A DNA stretch of 63,250 nt, the filler included, from Octopus bimaculoides (lineage: Eukaryota), in NCBI RefSeq assembly GCF_001194135.2. It is 7 parts of 6 records of this genome, joined end to end, with 100 filler letters (N's around TTAATTAATTAA, not from the genome) between each part and the next. Parts side by side here need not be neighbours in the genome. Positions count along the whole stretch, not along the records: positions 47,128 to 63,250 come from NC_068989.1; 6 more parts are not named here. One strand, 5' to 3'. The notes beneath the pieces were generated by a model, which did not search any database, was not told the origin of the DNA, and worked only from the letters and a program-made list of their open reading frames with translations. Shown here one piece after another: positions 63,099 to 63,250 of this stretch (positions within the stretch are counted from its first letter, which is position 1; every line of letters begins with the position of its first letter). Made by a program: the position numbers and the translations under genes.

Positions 63099-63250
63099 TG
63101 ATGCTGCAATTATTTATATAAATTTATAGTCTTTTAAGAATAGTAATTTAATTATTAATTAGGAAGACAACAAAGATGGTAGGAAGTAATTAAACGAAAC
63201 TCCCCCACCCCAAAATTAAAAACAAATGAATAAGTGTGTGTGTGTGTATA

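Overview
Eukaryotic, AT-rich, repeat-saturated and gappy window; the SINE repertoire and microsatellite density suggest an octopus-like cephalopod (inference). Two spliced host genes lie tail-to-tail in the first 20 kb. (1) WDR25 (+): join(2282..3191,3953..4122,5309..5446,6208..6348,7083..7304), about 526 aa, all introns GT-AG and phase-consistent. (2) An IRF1/2-group interferon regulatory factor (-): complement(join(19404..19608,17973..18128,16801..16853,15364..15454,14582..14617,13778..13804,12810..12853, then a terminal exon at 12186..12245 or 8147..8212)), about 223-225 aa; its non-coding first exon is probably near 34.6-35.3 kb. No other host gene is supportable. The rest is tRNA-derived SINEs (at least four modular families), decayed LINEs (RTE, CR1-like, R4/Dong, Tx1), mariner, hAT-Buster and piggyBac-like MITEs, microsatellites and N gaps, six of which contain an artificial TTAATTAATTAA spacer. 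I see no clearly new biological system. The best leads are the IRF recognition-helix substitutions and microexon tail, possible WDR25/IRF 3' overlap, dsRNA-forming repeats around the IRF DNA-binding exons, a two-finger C2H2 ORF antisense in an IRF intron, SINE module shuffling and a codon-phased 27-bp His/Thr/Gly minisatellite.
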